Below the pieces are notes generated by a model. That model had not been told where the DNA came from, made no database searches, and worked only from the letters and a program-made list of their open reading frames with translations. Of a stretch of 64,000 nt of DNA, positions 32,270 through 41,796 are shown one piece after another. Numbering within the stretch: the first letter of the stretch is position 1; each line of letters opens with the position of its first letter. Source of the stretch: a virus (taxonomy: Duplodnaviria; Caudoviricetes). The position numbers and the translations under genes are program-made. Where the stretch lies: the IMG/VR virus record IMGVR_UViG_3300011008_000002; one strand, given 5' to 3'.

Positions 32270-33559
32270 CTATTCCTTTCTGAACTTATTAAGGAATTTA
32301 ATCATGGAATTCCTCAATGTTTCCTTTGCTTCATCGTTTAGTTTATTCTCAAGTAGTTGAGACAATACGATGTAAACAGCAGAATGGAATGTTTCATCCA
32401 TCTTATCAGGAAGAGACATACTGAGACTTCTAATAATAAAGAATACAGTAAACCCTTCCAATCCTTCAGGGTAATCACCAAGCGGTAAGAAAGTGTATTC
32501 AATACTCTGCTTAGGATCATCAGATAAGAATCCGAATAAATCATGACTAATGTCACATCTTTTCAGTTTCTTTGCATAGTGTTCTCCGATATCCTTGAGC
32601 CTCTGCTCATTCTTGAAATCTCTCAGAGAATTATATATAATAGACGGCTTCGACTCAATCAATTCTATCATATTCTCCAGAGTGAATGCTGAACGGATAG
32701 CCTTTGCTCTCTTTGCTTCGATAGTCTTTTTCTTGATGGTTTCTTCGTCATCACCATCTTTGATAACAGCCATATCCGTCAGTACCTTACTGTATGAGTA
32801 TACATCGTCCCTTAACGGGTTTAACGCCGTCGAGATTTCACTGGTGAGTTCGTCCATCTCTTTATTGAACCGATTTACCTCTTCGTCAATCTTCTTTAGG
32901 TATTCATCGTTCTGCTTAAAGTATAATATTAACCCACGCTTGAACTCAAGCTCCTGAGTCTCATTCTTAACTTCTGTATTGTTACTCAGCTCCAGAACCT
33001 CATGGGTAACGGGGTTTTCAAAGAAATTATTAATCCTCTCTTTTACCTTAGGGTCTTTTACGGAGCCCTTCAGATAACTCTCAAGTTCCTCTGCCGTTTC
33101 CCACTTATCCAAATGATATTGAATTACATCATCGGGACTTTGGAATTTTGCGGCATCCCCAACACCAATTGTCTTTAAGTCTTTGAAAGAAGCCCTTGTA
33201 ATACCATGCTTCTGTTTCTTTACATCCTCTGCATCGCGCCTTAAGTGACGAAGTTTTGAAGATGCATTGAGCATTTTCTGGGTTTCTTCAAAATCTTTCT
33301 CTGAGAATTCAGGGAGTTCTTTAGGTTCTTCTCCCTTTAATGTATCCGTTTCCATAGACTTTCCGTAGCTATCGGGTTCATCCGGAATAGAGAACGAGTC
33401 AAATTGTCTTCCATTCTCATTGATTAACATCCCATCCTCATTTGTAGATGGTTTCATTTCCTCTGAAGCGTTGTTATACTCGTCCATGAGTCTACTGGCG
33501 ATGGTTTCTCTAGTGTTTTTCCCTTCGCCAACAACTGCAACTTTAGATGCCATGTCCAT
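32270..33559 (-). CDS. Hypothetical coiled-coil-rich protein
   Basis: 429 aa ORF with GGAGG RBS. Confidence 0.75.
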   Translation of the reverse strand: MDMASKVAVVGEGKNTRETIASRLMDEYNNASEEMKPSTNEDGMLINENGRQFDSFSIPDEPDSYGKSMETDTLKGEEPKELPEFSEKDFEETQKMLNASSKLRHLRRDAEDVKKQKHGITRASFKDLKTIGVGDAAKFQSPDDVIQYHLDKWETAEELESYLKGSVKDPKVKERINNFFENPVTHEVLELSNNTEVKNETQELEFKRGLILYFKQNDEYLKKIDEEVNRFNKEMDELTSEISTALNPLRDDVYSYSKVLTDMAVIKDGDDEETIKKKTIEAKRAKAIRSAFTLENMIELIESKPSIIYNSLRDFKNEQRLKDIGEHYAKKLKRCDISHDLFGFLSDDPKQSIEYTFLPLGDYPEGLEGFTVFFIIRSLSMSLPDKMDETFHSAVYIVLSQLLENKLNDEAKETLRNSMIKFLNKFRKE

Positions 33560-33569
33560 AATCCTCCTT

Positions 33570-34316
33570 TTATCTTGATAAATGCGTTCTTATTTCGCTT
33601 CTAAGAGCCATTGATATATCGTCCGTGTAAGTACCGACTTCCGTCCTGATATATTCATGGAAAAATTCTCCGAAAATCATCTGTTGGTCAAAGTATGATA
33701 TAACATTGGCAATGTAGTAATCACCATTGTCAATGGTATTTAAAAACTCTTCAGATGTAATTCCTGCTTCTCCAGAAATGTATCGGATAACTTCGTCCAA
33801 ATTAGATAAAATCGGTACATTTAGTTTTGGTATATCTTTCTTTTTGTTTGCAAGGGTTGTGATATCGCCACTCTTTGCATTTAGTCCCATTTGGTCAGCA
33901 ATCTCTTTCTTGTGCTGATCAATATAGTTAATGAAAAACTCGGTTGTATTTGTTCTCTTGTCTAGTACAAAAAAGTGATAGAGAGACTCTAAAATCTCCA
34001 AAGAATCCAATGACTCTTCGTTGATGTTATTGTACCCGAGATTATAATGATGAATGATTGTGCGGATGAGTGAGTTTGCCCAATCTACCATCTCTGATTT
34101 GATACCGCGAGCGGAATCGTCATCAGCGCGTTCGTTGATGGCTCTGAATTTACTTAAAACCGTCTCCAAAAAATCTCTGCTCGTGTTGAAATCAGTATCA
34201 ATCTGATCCCTTATTGATGATTCCATAGTAGGCAGAGACAATGATTCCAATAAATCATCAGCTGTTCTTTGAGCTATATCATCTACTGCCAAATCTTCAA
34301 TATACTGTTCATTCAC
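33570..34316 (-). CDS. Hypothetical protein
   Basis: 248 aa ORF with RBS. Confidence 0.7.
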   Translation of the reverse strand: MNEQYIEDLAVDDIAQRTADDLLESLSLPTMESSIRDQIDTDFNTSRDFLETVLSKFRAINERADDDSARGIKSEMVDWANSLIRTIIHHYNLGYNNINEESLDSLEILESLYHFFVLDKRTNTTEFFINYIDQHKKEIADQMGLNAKSGDITTLANKKKDIPKLNVPILSNLDEVIRYISGEAGITSEEFLNTIDNGDYYIANVISYFDQQMIFGEFFHEYIRTEVGTYTDDISMALRSEIRTHLSR

Positions 34317-34464
34317 AATACAATTACCTCCTTAAGCTTGTAATTATATTAATTGTAAAGAAACTAATGGTTTTTTATGAAAATCCATTTGGATAGTATT
34401 TTATTACTATATTAAAATAGTAGATATAAAGAAACTATCAACTTAATACCAAGGAGGTTCAGTT

Positions 34465-34791
34465 ATGTTGCTAAAGATCGACGTTAATCAGTACAACAGG
34501 GTCATCGTGGACGATTACAGGATTGAATTTGTTCCTACGATGAGGGATGGTCGCAAAGTAGGACTCACTATCAGTATCGGTTATGTATCCGGAAAGAATA
34601 AATTCATCGGGCTTGTTAAGCCTTATGAGCATTTCCGTATTACTACGGAAATGAGAGGGTACAAGCAGGATATAGAAGTGACACTCAAGGGCTATATTAA
34701 TTATAGCGAAGACGGACTTGGGCGGGCGATGTGTTCCTTTACCCTTGACACAGAAGTGGTTAAGGAACACGTGACGACGACGATAGAGTGA
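34465..34791 (+). CDS. Early hypothetical protein
   Basis: Early promoter cassette at 34381-34460, GGAGG RBS, terminator hairpin after the stop. Confidence 0.7.
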   Translation: MLLKIDVNQYNRVIVDDYRIEFVPTMRDGRKVGLTISIGYVSGKNKFIGLVKPYEHFRITTEMRGYKQDIEVTLKGYINYSEDGLGRAMCSFTLDTEVVKEHVTTTIE

Positions 34792-34833
34792 TACATAACA
34801 GTGGGAGCTGACCAACAATCAGCTCCCACTATC

Positions 34834-37386
34834 TTATATCCATGAACTATCTGGATCTATTTTTTGTCTCCTTGGAGTACCATATTGATTGTATCCTCTA
34901 TTTTCTTGAGACTTTTTACGATTCATACCAGCCCATCTTTCTCGAAGACTTGCCGCACTACCATTTGTATCATCCAGTTGAGGTCTAGCGGGGTTCTTTC
35001 CATATTCAGGGTCTGCTTTTGTAATTTCCCCTAAAATGGAACCCATACCATCATCAACAACTTGTTGCAAGGTCTCACTTTTCTTTTTGTTATAGTTTTC
35101 TTCTAGTTTTGAACGAATAGTAGATTCATAAAATGCAACCATCGTTGGGAATTGAGACCTAATCAACGGATTTCTATACAACTCTTCCAGATTAGCAAAA
35201 TCTTCATCTTCAATCATATCATCTGGTAATTCACCCTTACGGAAACCATACCGCTCTAGTTTCTCACCAAAATAATATGAATACATTGCGATACACCAAG
35301 ACATTACACAGTCATCATGTTTACCTTCAGCTGCTTTGATAATATCATTCTTGATTACCAAATTCTTAATGTCTTCTACGAGGTTTTCTGATGTAAGGAT
35401 ATCTTTTCTAAACTTCACAGAGTCAACCAAGATAGTCATCATCATTCTTCTCGTTGTCGTTGTAGTGTTGATACCATAGTATTTACGACGCATTAATTCA
35501 TCTTTTAAGAAACCAACATCGTCATATACATCCTTTGTCAGAATAGATTCCATAGATGCTTCAGATGAAGCATAGATTCTACTCTTAAGAATAGCTGATT
35601 CCTTAAAGAAATCTATAACGGTTGTACCATTCCTATTTTTCTCAACACAGATGATGGTCTTTGGTATCCATTTCGTTAGCATATACTCTAGTAATTCCCT
35701 ACAACCTTGAGGAGACATCCAAGAACTCTTGAACTCAATAATAGTTTTGAATGTATAAGGGTCAATAACTGTTATAGCATAGTTATCCGAACCTGTACCA
35801 TCTGATGGGTCAAGCCCCATAAAATAAACCCTATTCTTCCGAATTTCTTTAGGGTCTACGTAAAACTTGATTTCATACATATTTCCTCTACCAAATTTTA
35901 CGACTTCTACAGGTTTCTGTTGGTTTTCATCAATCTCAGTAATGTCATCTTCACTGAAGGGTGAAGCATTATTACCAGAGAACCTCTGTAGCAAGATTTC
36001 CCTACGGATTTTCGGAATATCATTACCAACTGTGGAACAAGCACGAATAAACCAAGCTTCACCAAGACCTAGTTGTTTGTATGTATATTCAATATATACA
36101 ACTCTATAGTTTGATTTTTTGACAACATGTTTCTTAAGCTCCATTGGATGTACATCATAGAAATGTTCATCCCATATTACAGAGTCCCTCACTATTTTTA
36201 ATGCAGAACCACATTTTTTCTCATTGGACAAATCTCCGGGTGTAGTTGCAAACATACGACAAGAATGCATTCCATTCTTTAATGCGTTATAAGATGCCGT
36301 ATTGAATGCCATACCAGAGACCTGCACTGTGGTTTCAATACAGGTAGTGAATTCTGCCTCATCATAGAACTCAAAGTTATGCGAATCACCACGTCCAAGT
36401 TCTTCAGCAGTTTCTTCTGATATTGCACAGTTCATAACATCCGCCGTATTACCAGAAGCTGGCTCGTAGTATCTCTTTATGTTATTCGTTTTCCGCACTA
36501 ATTTTCCGTTATTATCATAAACCTGAGTACCCATATTAGCCATGTATTTGGGAAGAAGACCAATATAGGTTTTCATTCTCTTGAGGTTTGCTTTGCTGTT
36601 CTTTTCTTTATTGGCATAGAATGCGAATCCACCATTAGTAATACCAAACTTAAATGCCCAAGATAAGAAAGCGCAAACTCCAACTGATTTTCCAGTCTGA
36701 CGTGGTATAATCAGATAGAAATTGATGTCATTGATAAAACAGTAAGCAGCTGCTAAGGTTGCTCTGTTTAGCTCAAATGGAACAACACCAGCACCCTGTT
36801 GAGGTATTCTTACAACCTCTCGAAGATAGTAGAAGAAATTTAGTTGGCATTCTTCGATAACCATAAGAGCAATATCTGGTGGTAGATTTGGATCATGGGG
36901 GTCAACCCCCTGTAGCAATGGGTTTAGTAATAATAAGAAAAACTCATTATTTCTTATCCCAAGCATTTTTAACTGTTCATGCACTTTTAGAAAAGATTTA
37001 TTACGTGTCTTGTAATCGTGTATAGGCATCATTGCCTTATACCCAGTATTTATTGAGTTCGTTATACCAGTAGAATTATATTGATTATTACCTGATGATG
37101 GTACGTTTTTTGTCGCACCACCATCAAGTATTCTTTTCATAGCATCATCATCGAGGATAGGGTCATCTTCGATATTTGTGGGACGTATTGTAGTAGTCGG
37201 GATTTTTTGTTTAATCCTAACATTCATTGAAGCTGCACTCGAAATGGTTTCTTGATTCCCATATGCCATTTTACTCAATAAATTAGAGAAACCATCATCC
37301 TCTATTTGTTCCGCCAATTCTACTGGTGGTTGGGGACGCTCAATAAATTTCGGGCGTAGTCCTGTTCTTGGTGCGTAACGAACCAA
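34834..37386 (-). CDS. terL: Terminase large subunit
   Basis: Walker A PRQTGKS, Walker B FYDEAEF, TTPG, nuclease GLDPS and HDDCVMS. Confidence 0.9.
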   Translation of the reverse strand: MVRYAPRTGLRPKFIERPQPPVELAEQIEDDGFSNLLSKMAYGNQETISSAASMNVRIKQKIPTTTIRPTNIEDDPILDDDAMKRILDGGATKNVPSSGNNQYNSTGITNSINTGYKAMMPIHDYKTRNKSFLKVHEQLKMLGIRNNEFFLLLLNPLLQGVDPHDPNLPPDIALMVIEECQLNFFYYLREVVRIPQQGAGVVPFELNRATLAAAYCFINDINFYLIIPRQTGKSVGVCAFLSWAFKFGITNGGFAFYANKEKNSKANLKRMKTYIGLLPKYMANMGTQVYDNNGKLVRKTNNIKRYYEPASGNTADVMNCAISEETAEELGRGDSHNFEFYDEAEFTTCIETTVQVSGMAFNTASYNALKNGMHSCRMFATTPGDLSNEKKCGSALKIVRDSVIWDEHFYDVHPMELKKHVVKKSNYRVVYIEYTYKQLGLGEAWFIRACSTVGNDIPKIRREILLQRFSGNNASPFSEDDITEIDENQQKPVEVVKFGRGNMYEIKFYVDPKEIRKNRVYFMGLDPSDGTGSDNYAITVIDPYTFKTIIEFKSSWMSPQGCRELLEYMLTKWIPKTIICVEKNRNGTTVIDFFKESAILKSRIYASSEASMESILTKDVYDDVGFLKDELMRRKYYGINTTTTTRRMMMTILVDSVKFRKDILTSENLVEDIKNLVIKNDIIKAAEGKHDDCVMSWCIAMYSYYFGEKLERYGFRKGELPDDMIEDEDFANLEELYRNPLIRSQFPTMVAFYESTIRSKLEENYNKKKSETLQQVVDDGMGSILGEITKADPEYGKNPARPQLDDTNGSAASLRERWAGMNRKKSQENRGYNQYGTPRRQKIDPDSSWI

Positions 37387-37391
37387 TTTGA

Positions 37392-38711
37392 TTACCCTTC
37401 ATAACCGGCAGGATATTTTACATAGACACCATAACGGTCCCCGATCGTTGTGACATCTTTTGCTAATATTCTCTTTCGCATATCCTGCAATCTTTCCAAT
37501 CTGTCATCCTTTAGTAAATCAGAATTAACGTTACTCTTAGCCGCTTTCAACATTTTAGCTTCTTCTGCGGAAATTGCCTCGATGTAATCATATATTTTAT
37601 GTATGAAATACATCTTATCCTCAGGGGTTTTGATATCATCAATCTGTACAGAAAGAACATCTATCTCCCTTGAAGTTATCTTAGTAGCTTCCATAGTAGC
37701 CTTCAAAGCCCGCTTGCTGATGGTTTCGTATTCTCTGTTATAAGCTGCTTCGGATATAGACTTCATAGACATAACGGTATAACCATCTGTTTCAGTGTCA
37801 TATCCTGTAAGATTTCTTCCAATGAATTTCATCAGATTTCTCTGGAATGTTCCATTGGTAGGATTATTGTACTGAGCCTGAATAGAGCGGTTCAGAACAT
37901 CTCTCCTATCTCTTAGCATTTCAACAGAGTCTCTTGATAATTCAATACCAACCTCCTGTTCCTTATCAAAGCTCTTGCTATCAACAACCAACCTAGAACC
38001 GTCAGGAGATTTTAACAAGTGATCGTTCATATAAGACACGAGTGCGCCCTTGTATTCATCAGGTACATAAGCATCCGCGGCCATTTCGCAGTTCTTCTGT
38101 TCTGTCCTATTATTTACGATAATCATAAACTGTAATGTATGGGTGAACATCGGCAGAAGAATAGCCCTGATTGCTTTGCTATCCGATAACATCATCCTTT
38201 CAATCATAGAAAATTCCAATGACTTCAGTCTGAAGTTGCTGATGAGACGGATAGGGTTTTCTGTCATTACGTGACCGACTTCATGGCATAATAGGGCTAC
38301 AAATTCCCTACCTTCAGAAACACACAGACGGTCACCTTTGGTCAAAACTCTTGAGTCGATCTCAATATGCCACTCTTTGATCTCTGCCCATTTGTTCACG
38401 AACTCTGCATTCGATGTCTTAGGATTTGCCATAATCTTATTCAATTCCTCAGACTTTTGATATAACTCACTGATGTCTGGGGTAATTGACATAATGAATA
38501 GAGTACGGGCATTTGTATTCCAACTAATGGTTACCTTCTTAGAAGGAAGTAATGTATTTGGAATTACCCTCATAAGAGCACTATTGACTCCGGTTGCAGA
38601 CACCGGGTTTTTCTGTTTGCTATTCAAATAAGAATTGACTTCATTCTCAATTATCTTGAGTTGAGCCAATTCCGATGGAGTAAAAACACTCATCAGATTA
38701 TCTCCTTTCAC
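37392..38711 (-). CDS. Putative virion protein with zincin HEXXH motif
   Basis: LLCHEVGH followed by EMAADAY; late promoter at 38728-38740. Confidence 0.55.
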   Translation of the reverse strand: MKGDNLMSVFTPSELAQLKIIENEVNSYLNSKQKNPVSATGVNSALMRVIPNTLLPSKKVTISWNTNARTLFIMSITPDISELYQKSEELNKIMANPKTSNAEFVNKWAEIKEWHIEIDSRVLTKGDRLCVSEGREFVALLCHEVGHVMTENPIRLISNFRLKSLEFSMIERMMLSDSKAIRAILLPMFTHTLQFMIIVNNRTEQKNCEMAADAYVPDEYKGALVSYMNDHLLKSPDGSRLVVDSKSFDKEQEVGIELSRDSVEMLRDRRDVLNRSIQAQYNNPTNGTFQRNLMKFIGRNLTGYDTETDGYTVMSMKSISEAAYNREYETISKRALKATMEATKITSREIDVLSVQIDDIKTPEDKMYFIHKIYDYIEAISAEEAKMLKAAKSNVNSDLLKDDRLERLQDMRKRILAKDVTTIGDRYGVYVKYPAGYEG

Positions 38712-38861
38712 GTTTATAGTCTTTATATTAGATTTGTGTGGAATACAGGTGTTCTTATACGATAATCTATTTTCATGATACTAAGAAAAATACAACGATA
38801 TTAATTATGTAATACATAGGAAGAAATAATTTGATCTACACTCTTTACTACTACAAACGAG

Positions 38862-38989
38862 AAAGTATAAGATTTACAAAAGCATTCACCCTAATTCGTT
38901 CGATTCATAATACGAAAAGGTTTTGCTAATGTAAATCTTATACTTTCATCGGTAAGTAGGGGCGAAAGCCCCTACTGATGGATTTTTTG
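38862..38989 (+). ncRNA. Candidate long-hairpin RNA plus GAAA-loop terminator
   Basis: AAAGTATAAGATTTACA/TGTAAATCTTATACTTT 17-bp stem enclosing nested stems; AGTAGGGGC-GAAA-GCCCCTACT followed by a T run. Confidence 0.35.
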
Positions 38990-38991
38990 TA

Positions 38992-39720
38992 TCAGTTCTT
39001 TACAGCTAATAAAAATTCCCTGCTAATCAACGGCTGAAAGTCGATTAACTGGTCTGTGATTGTTTCGCAACATTCCTTTACTTCGGGGTTTGCTGTACCA
39101 AGACGATTACGCTCCTTGTATATATGAGCGAATTCAGCAAGATTAATTTTGAATACAAAATCCGATGGTATTGAAAGCATATACAATCCCCTCTTTACAT
39201 CAGGATTATCTTTCTCTTCTTCGAGTATATATCCATTAGTAGTCTTTACATAATTCCGCCCGTCTTTTGTTAAGGTCTCTGGTACCTCAATTCCGAGAAA
39301 TGCCAGTGCAACATCAGTAGGAATAATACGGTTCTTGTAATAATCCGAAACTTCAGAAGTGAACTCATTTTTTGTCTTAATCCTAGTGGAGTTACGAATA
39401 ATACGATTATCGAACCTTTTTGCATGGCTATCCCAGTCATCTTGCCCTGCTCGATGTAATCCATGTACTGTGACAGATAAATCTATGAATTTAAGTAATG
39501 TTATATGGGATGTACCCCACTTCAAAAGAATACTCATATTCTTGTCGTACTCTGGTTTTTTTGCTGAGTCTTTTGTAATGATATGACCATTACGGTATGT
39601 CATATCATTTACCAAACTTTGAAGATGTTCCTCATCTCTCCTTGTCCAATTTCTTTTGGACATCAATAATGAAGTAAATGCGGTTTCAATCCCAGTAACT
39701 GAATTTAACCATATTTCCAT
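38992..39720 (-). CDS. Divergent ThyX-like (flavin-dependent thymidylate synthase fold) protein
   Basis: H..LLKFI..SV...GLHRA...D.D.H....NSTR layout resembles ThyX, but the RHR motif is not canonical. Confidence 0.4.
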   Translation of the reverse strand: MEIWLNSVTGIETAFTSLLMSKRNWTRRDEEHLQSLVNDMTYRNGHIITKDSAKKPEYDKNMSILLKWGTSHITLLKFIDLSVTVHGLHRAGQDDWDSHAKRFDNRIIRNSTRIKTKNEFTSEVSDYYKNRIIPTDVALAFLGIEVPETLTKDGRNYVKTTNGYILEEEKDNPDVKRGLYMLSIPSDFVFKINLAEFAHIYKERNRLGTANPEVKECCETITDQLIDFQPLISREFLLAVKN

Positions 39721-39864
39721 TTATAGTCTCCTTTCAAGAACAAAGTTATCATCCCAATTGATGATTAGTTAGTTGTAATAAAATATATAAGAAGGTATAA
39801 GGATAACTCCTTATACCTTCTTTATACAATTGAATTTATCTCAATTTATTACGTCGCGCCCGAA

Positions 39865-41796
39865 TTACTCTGCGTCATCAAGATCCGTCAGGTTGTCGTA
39901 GTTCTTCAGCTTAAGCTGGAACGAAAGCGGAATATACGACTGAGTATGGAACGTAGCAACGCACATAACGTTCGGGTTGTTGGACATCTGAGAAATCCTG
40001 TGGTCGCGATCGAAATACAGAGCCCTCTTGAAGTGCTTCCAAGTAAGGAAGTTCTGCTCGTTCACAGGGAACACAAGACCACGGACGCCGTCTGCTTCCT
40101 TGAACTTCATGGACGTAATCAGACGTATAACGTTGCCGTCCTGCGTAGTAATACCCATGTTGTAATCAGACCTGATACCACCCATAATGGAATCGCCAGA
40201 GTTGATATGCCAATCAACATTGTTCCCGACAAACAGAGAAGCGATGTTCGGATGGCAATACGCAACGAGCCTGAACGGTTCGTTCTGGCATACACGCCTA
40301 ACCTCACGGATAACCGCATTGAGTTCGTTGGAAACCTTATCCTGCATGAACTCAAGCCGCTTCATATACGGATTGTTCTGCTCGTAAGTAAGGTCTACTT
40401 CGTGCGTAACAAATACGCGTCCCTTGAAATGCTTGAACGGATGCTCAGTAACGCCGCGCCACTTCTCCGTCTCATTTGCAATGCTCGTGATAACGGACGT
40501 ATCCTCAAGGTTATTGTACATTTCCGTCATACGGTTGATACCATACGCGATGATATCAATAGAAGCGGTCTCATTGTAGAGACGCATATCTTCAACCGTA
40601 ATAGGCAGATTTGCACGATATCCTTCCGGAATGGGGTGCTGCCAAGCATCGTACTCATCACGGAACGTCAGGTATTCCATATTGTTCTTATTGGATAGAT
40701 GTCCGCCGAACCTTACCTGCTTAACCAAACCGGTCAAAGAAACAACGCTGATGCGAGAACTGTACTCGTCATACGTTGCCATGATGGTATCTTCTGCATA
40801 ACTCTCAATCTTACCCGTAGCGTCCTTTACAGGGAAGCGAACAACGCCGCCCAAGGAGTTCTTCGGGGAGATAGCAGTCGTATCAAGGAACATCTGCAAA
40901 TTGGTGACTTCAACCATGTAGCTCGTTCCAGCACTGTTGGTAACAAGTGCACGAGCGCCGTCGATGCAGACATCAATGTCCAGAGCATCACCAATTTCCC
41001 TTGCTCCACCAGACTCACCAAGCAAATCAAATTCATTCACACGGAAAGTCTTGGAATTGTCGATCTTGTAATACTTCGTTACACCGTTAGTTGTCTCGGT
41101 GAAATCATACGCGGGAGCATCCGCTGCATCGGGATCAGTTACCGTAACTTCGGTAGCCGCATTCTCGGGATACCAAGCATCAGTAATCCTCTTACCCTTT
41201 GCAGAAGCCAGAATTTCCGCAGTTGCTTCATAATCATTGTATACATCCGGCTCAAGATGGCGCTTTCCATCCTTAGTCACGATGTACTTGTCCTGAGTCT
41301 TGATACGAATGAAATGCTGCTTCGGTACGATATACGGAACAAGATCCTTGCCGACAAGCGGAAGGTATGTACGTATGATCGCAAAAGGAAGGAACGCATC
41401 ATAAGGAGTAAGTTCTCCGATGCCCCTCTGGTTAGCAATACGCATTTCTGTGGAAGAGTTCTCCAGAAGCCTCTGGAGGTTTCCACGGTGCAGATCCGAC
41501 ATTCCGACAGCTTCAGAAACTTCGTCGTCGTCTTCAGTCATACTTTCGAGATATACAACAGCGCCATCCTCATATGCAGAGTCGCCAAAAGTCTGCAACC
41601 CAGAATTCTCAGCGGACTCCATTGCCATCTTCGTAACAACCGGCTCAATGTCTTTGGTATAAAGGCTCATAGGATCTCTGAGCACATCTGCAAAGCCAGA
41701 GCACTGCTGCACGAATGATTCCATCGTGGCAACTAAGTCCGAGGGAGCAGTCTTATACATGTTAAGGCGCTGGCTCCTAGACATAGTCGAATTCAT
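39865..41796 (-). CDS. Major capsid protein precursor
   Basis: 643 aa; strongest high-expression codon bias in the window; acidic propeptide with AMES/YLES/LLEN motifs; head-gene context. Confidence 0.7.
   Translation of the reverse strand: MNSTMSRSQRLNMYKTAPSDLVATMESFVQQCSGFADVLRDPMSLYTKDIEPVVTKMAMESAENSGLQTFGDSAYEDGAVVYLESMTEDDDEVSEAVGMSDLHRGNLQRLLENSSTEMRIANQRGIGELTPYDAFLPFAIIRTYLPLVGKDLVPYIVPKQHFIRIKTQDKYIVTKDGKRHLEPDVYNDYEATAEILASAKGKRITDAWYPENAATEVTVTDPDAADAPAYDFTETTNGVTKYYKIDNSKTFRVNEFDLLGESGGAREIGDALDIDVCIDGARALVTNSAGTSYMVEVTNLQMFLDTTAISPKNSLGGVVRFPVKDATGKIESYAEDTIMATYDEYSSRISVVSLTGLVKQVRFGGHLSNKNNMEYLTFRDEYDAWQHPIPEGYRANLPITVEDMRLYNETASIDIIAYGINRMTEMYNNLEDTSVITSIANETEKWRGVTEHPFKHFKGRVFVTHEVDLTYEQNNPYMKRLEFMQDKVSNELNAVIREVRRVCQNEPFRLVAYCHPNIASLFVGNNVDWHINSGDSIMGGIRSDYNMGITTQDGNVIRLITSMKFKEADGVRGLVFPVNEQNFLTWKHFKRALYFDRDHRISQMSNNPNVMCVATFHTQSYIPLSFQLKLKNYDNLTDLDDAE

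Noticed and set aside
39946-41718. Long plus-strand ORFs (250 and 339 aa) opposite the capsid gene; similar ones at 27893-28387 and 57408-58259
   Set aside because: Antisense shadows caused by strong codon bias in highly expressed genes; no RBS and no motifs
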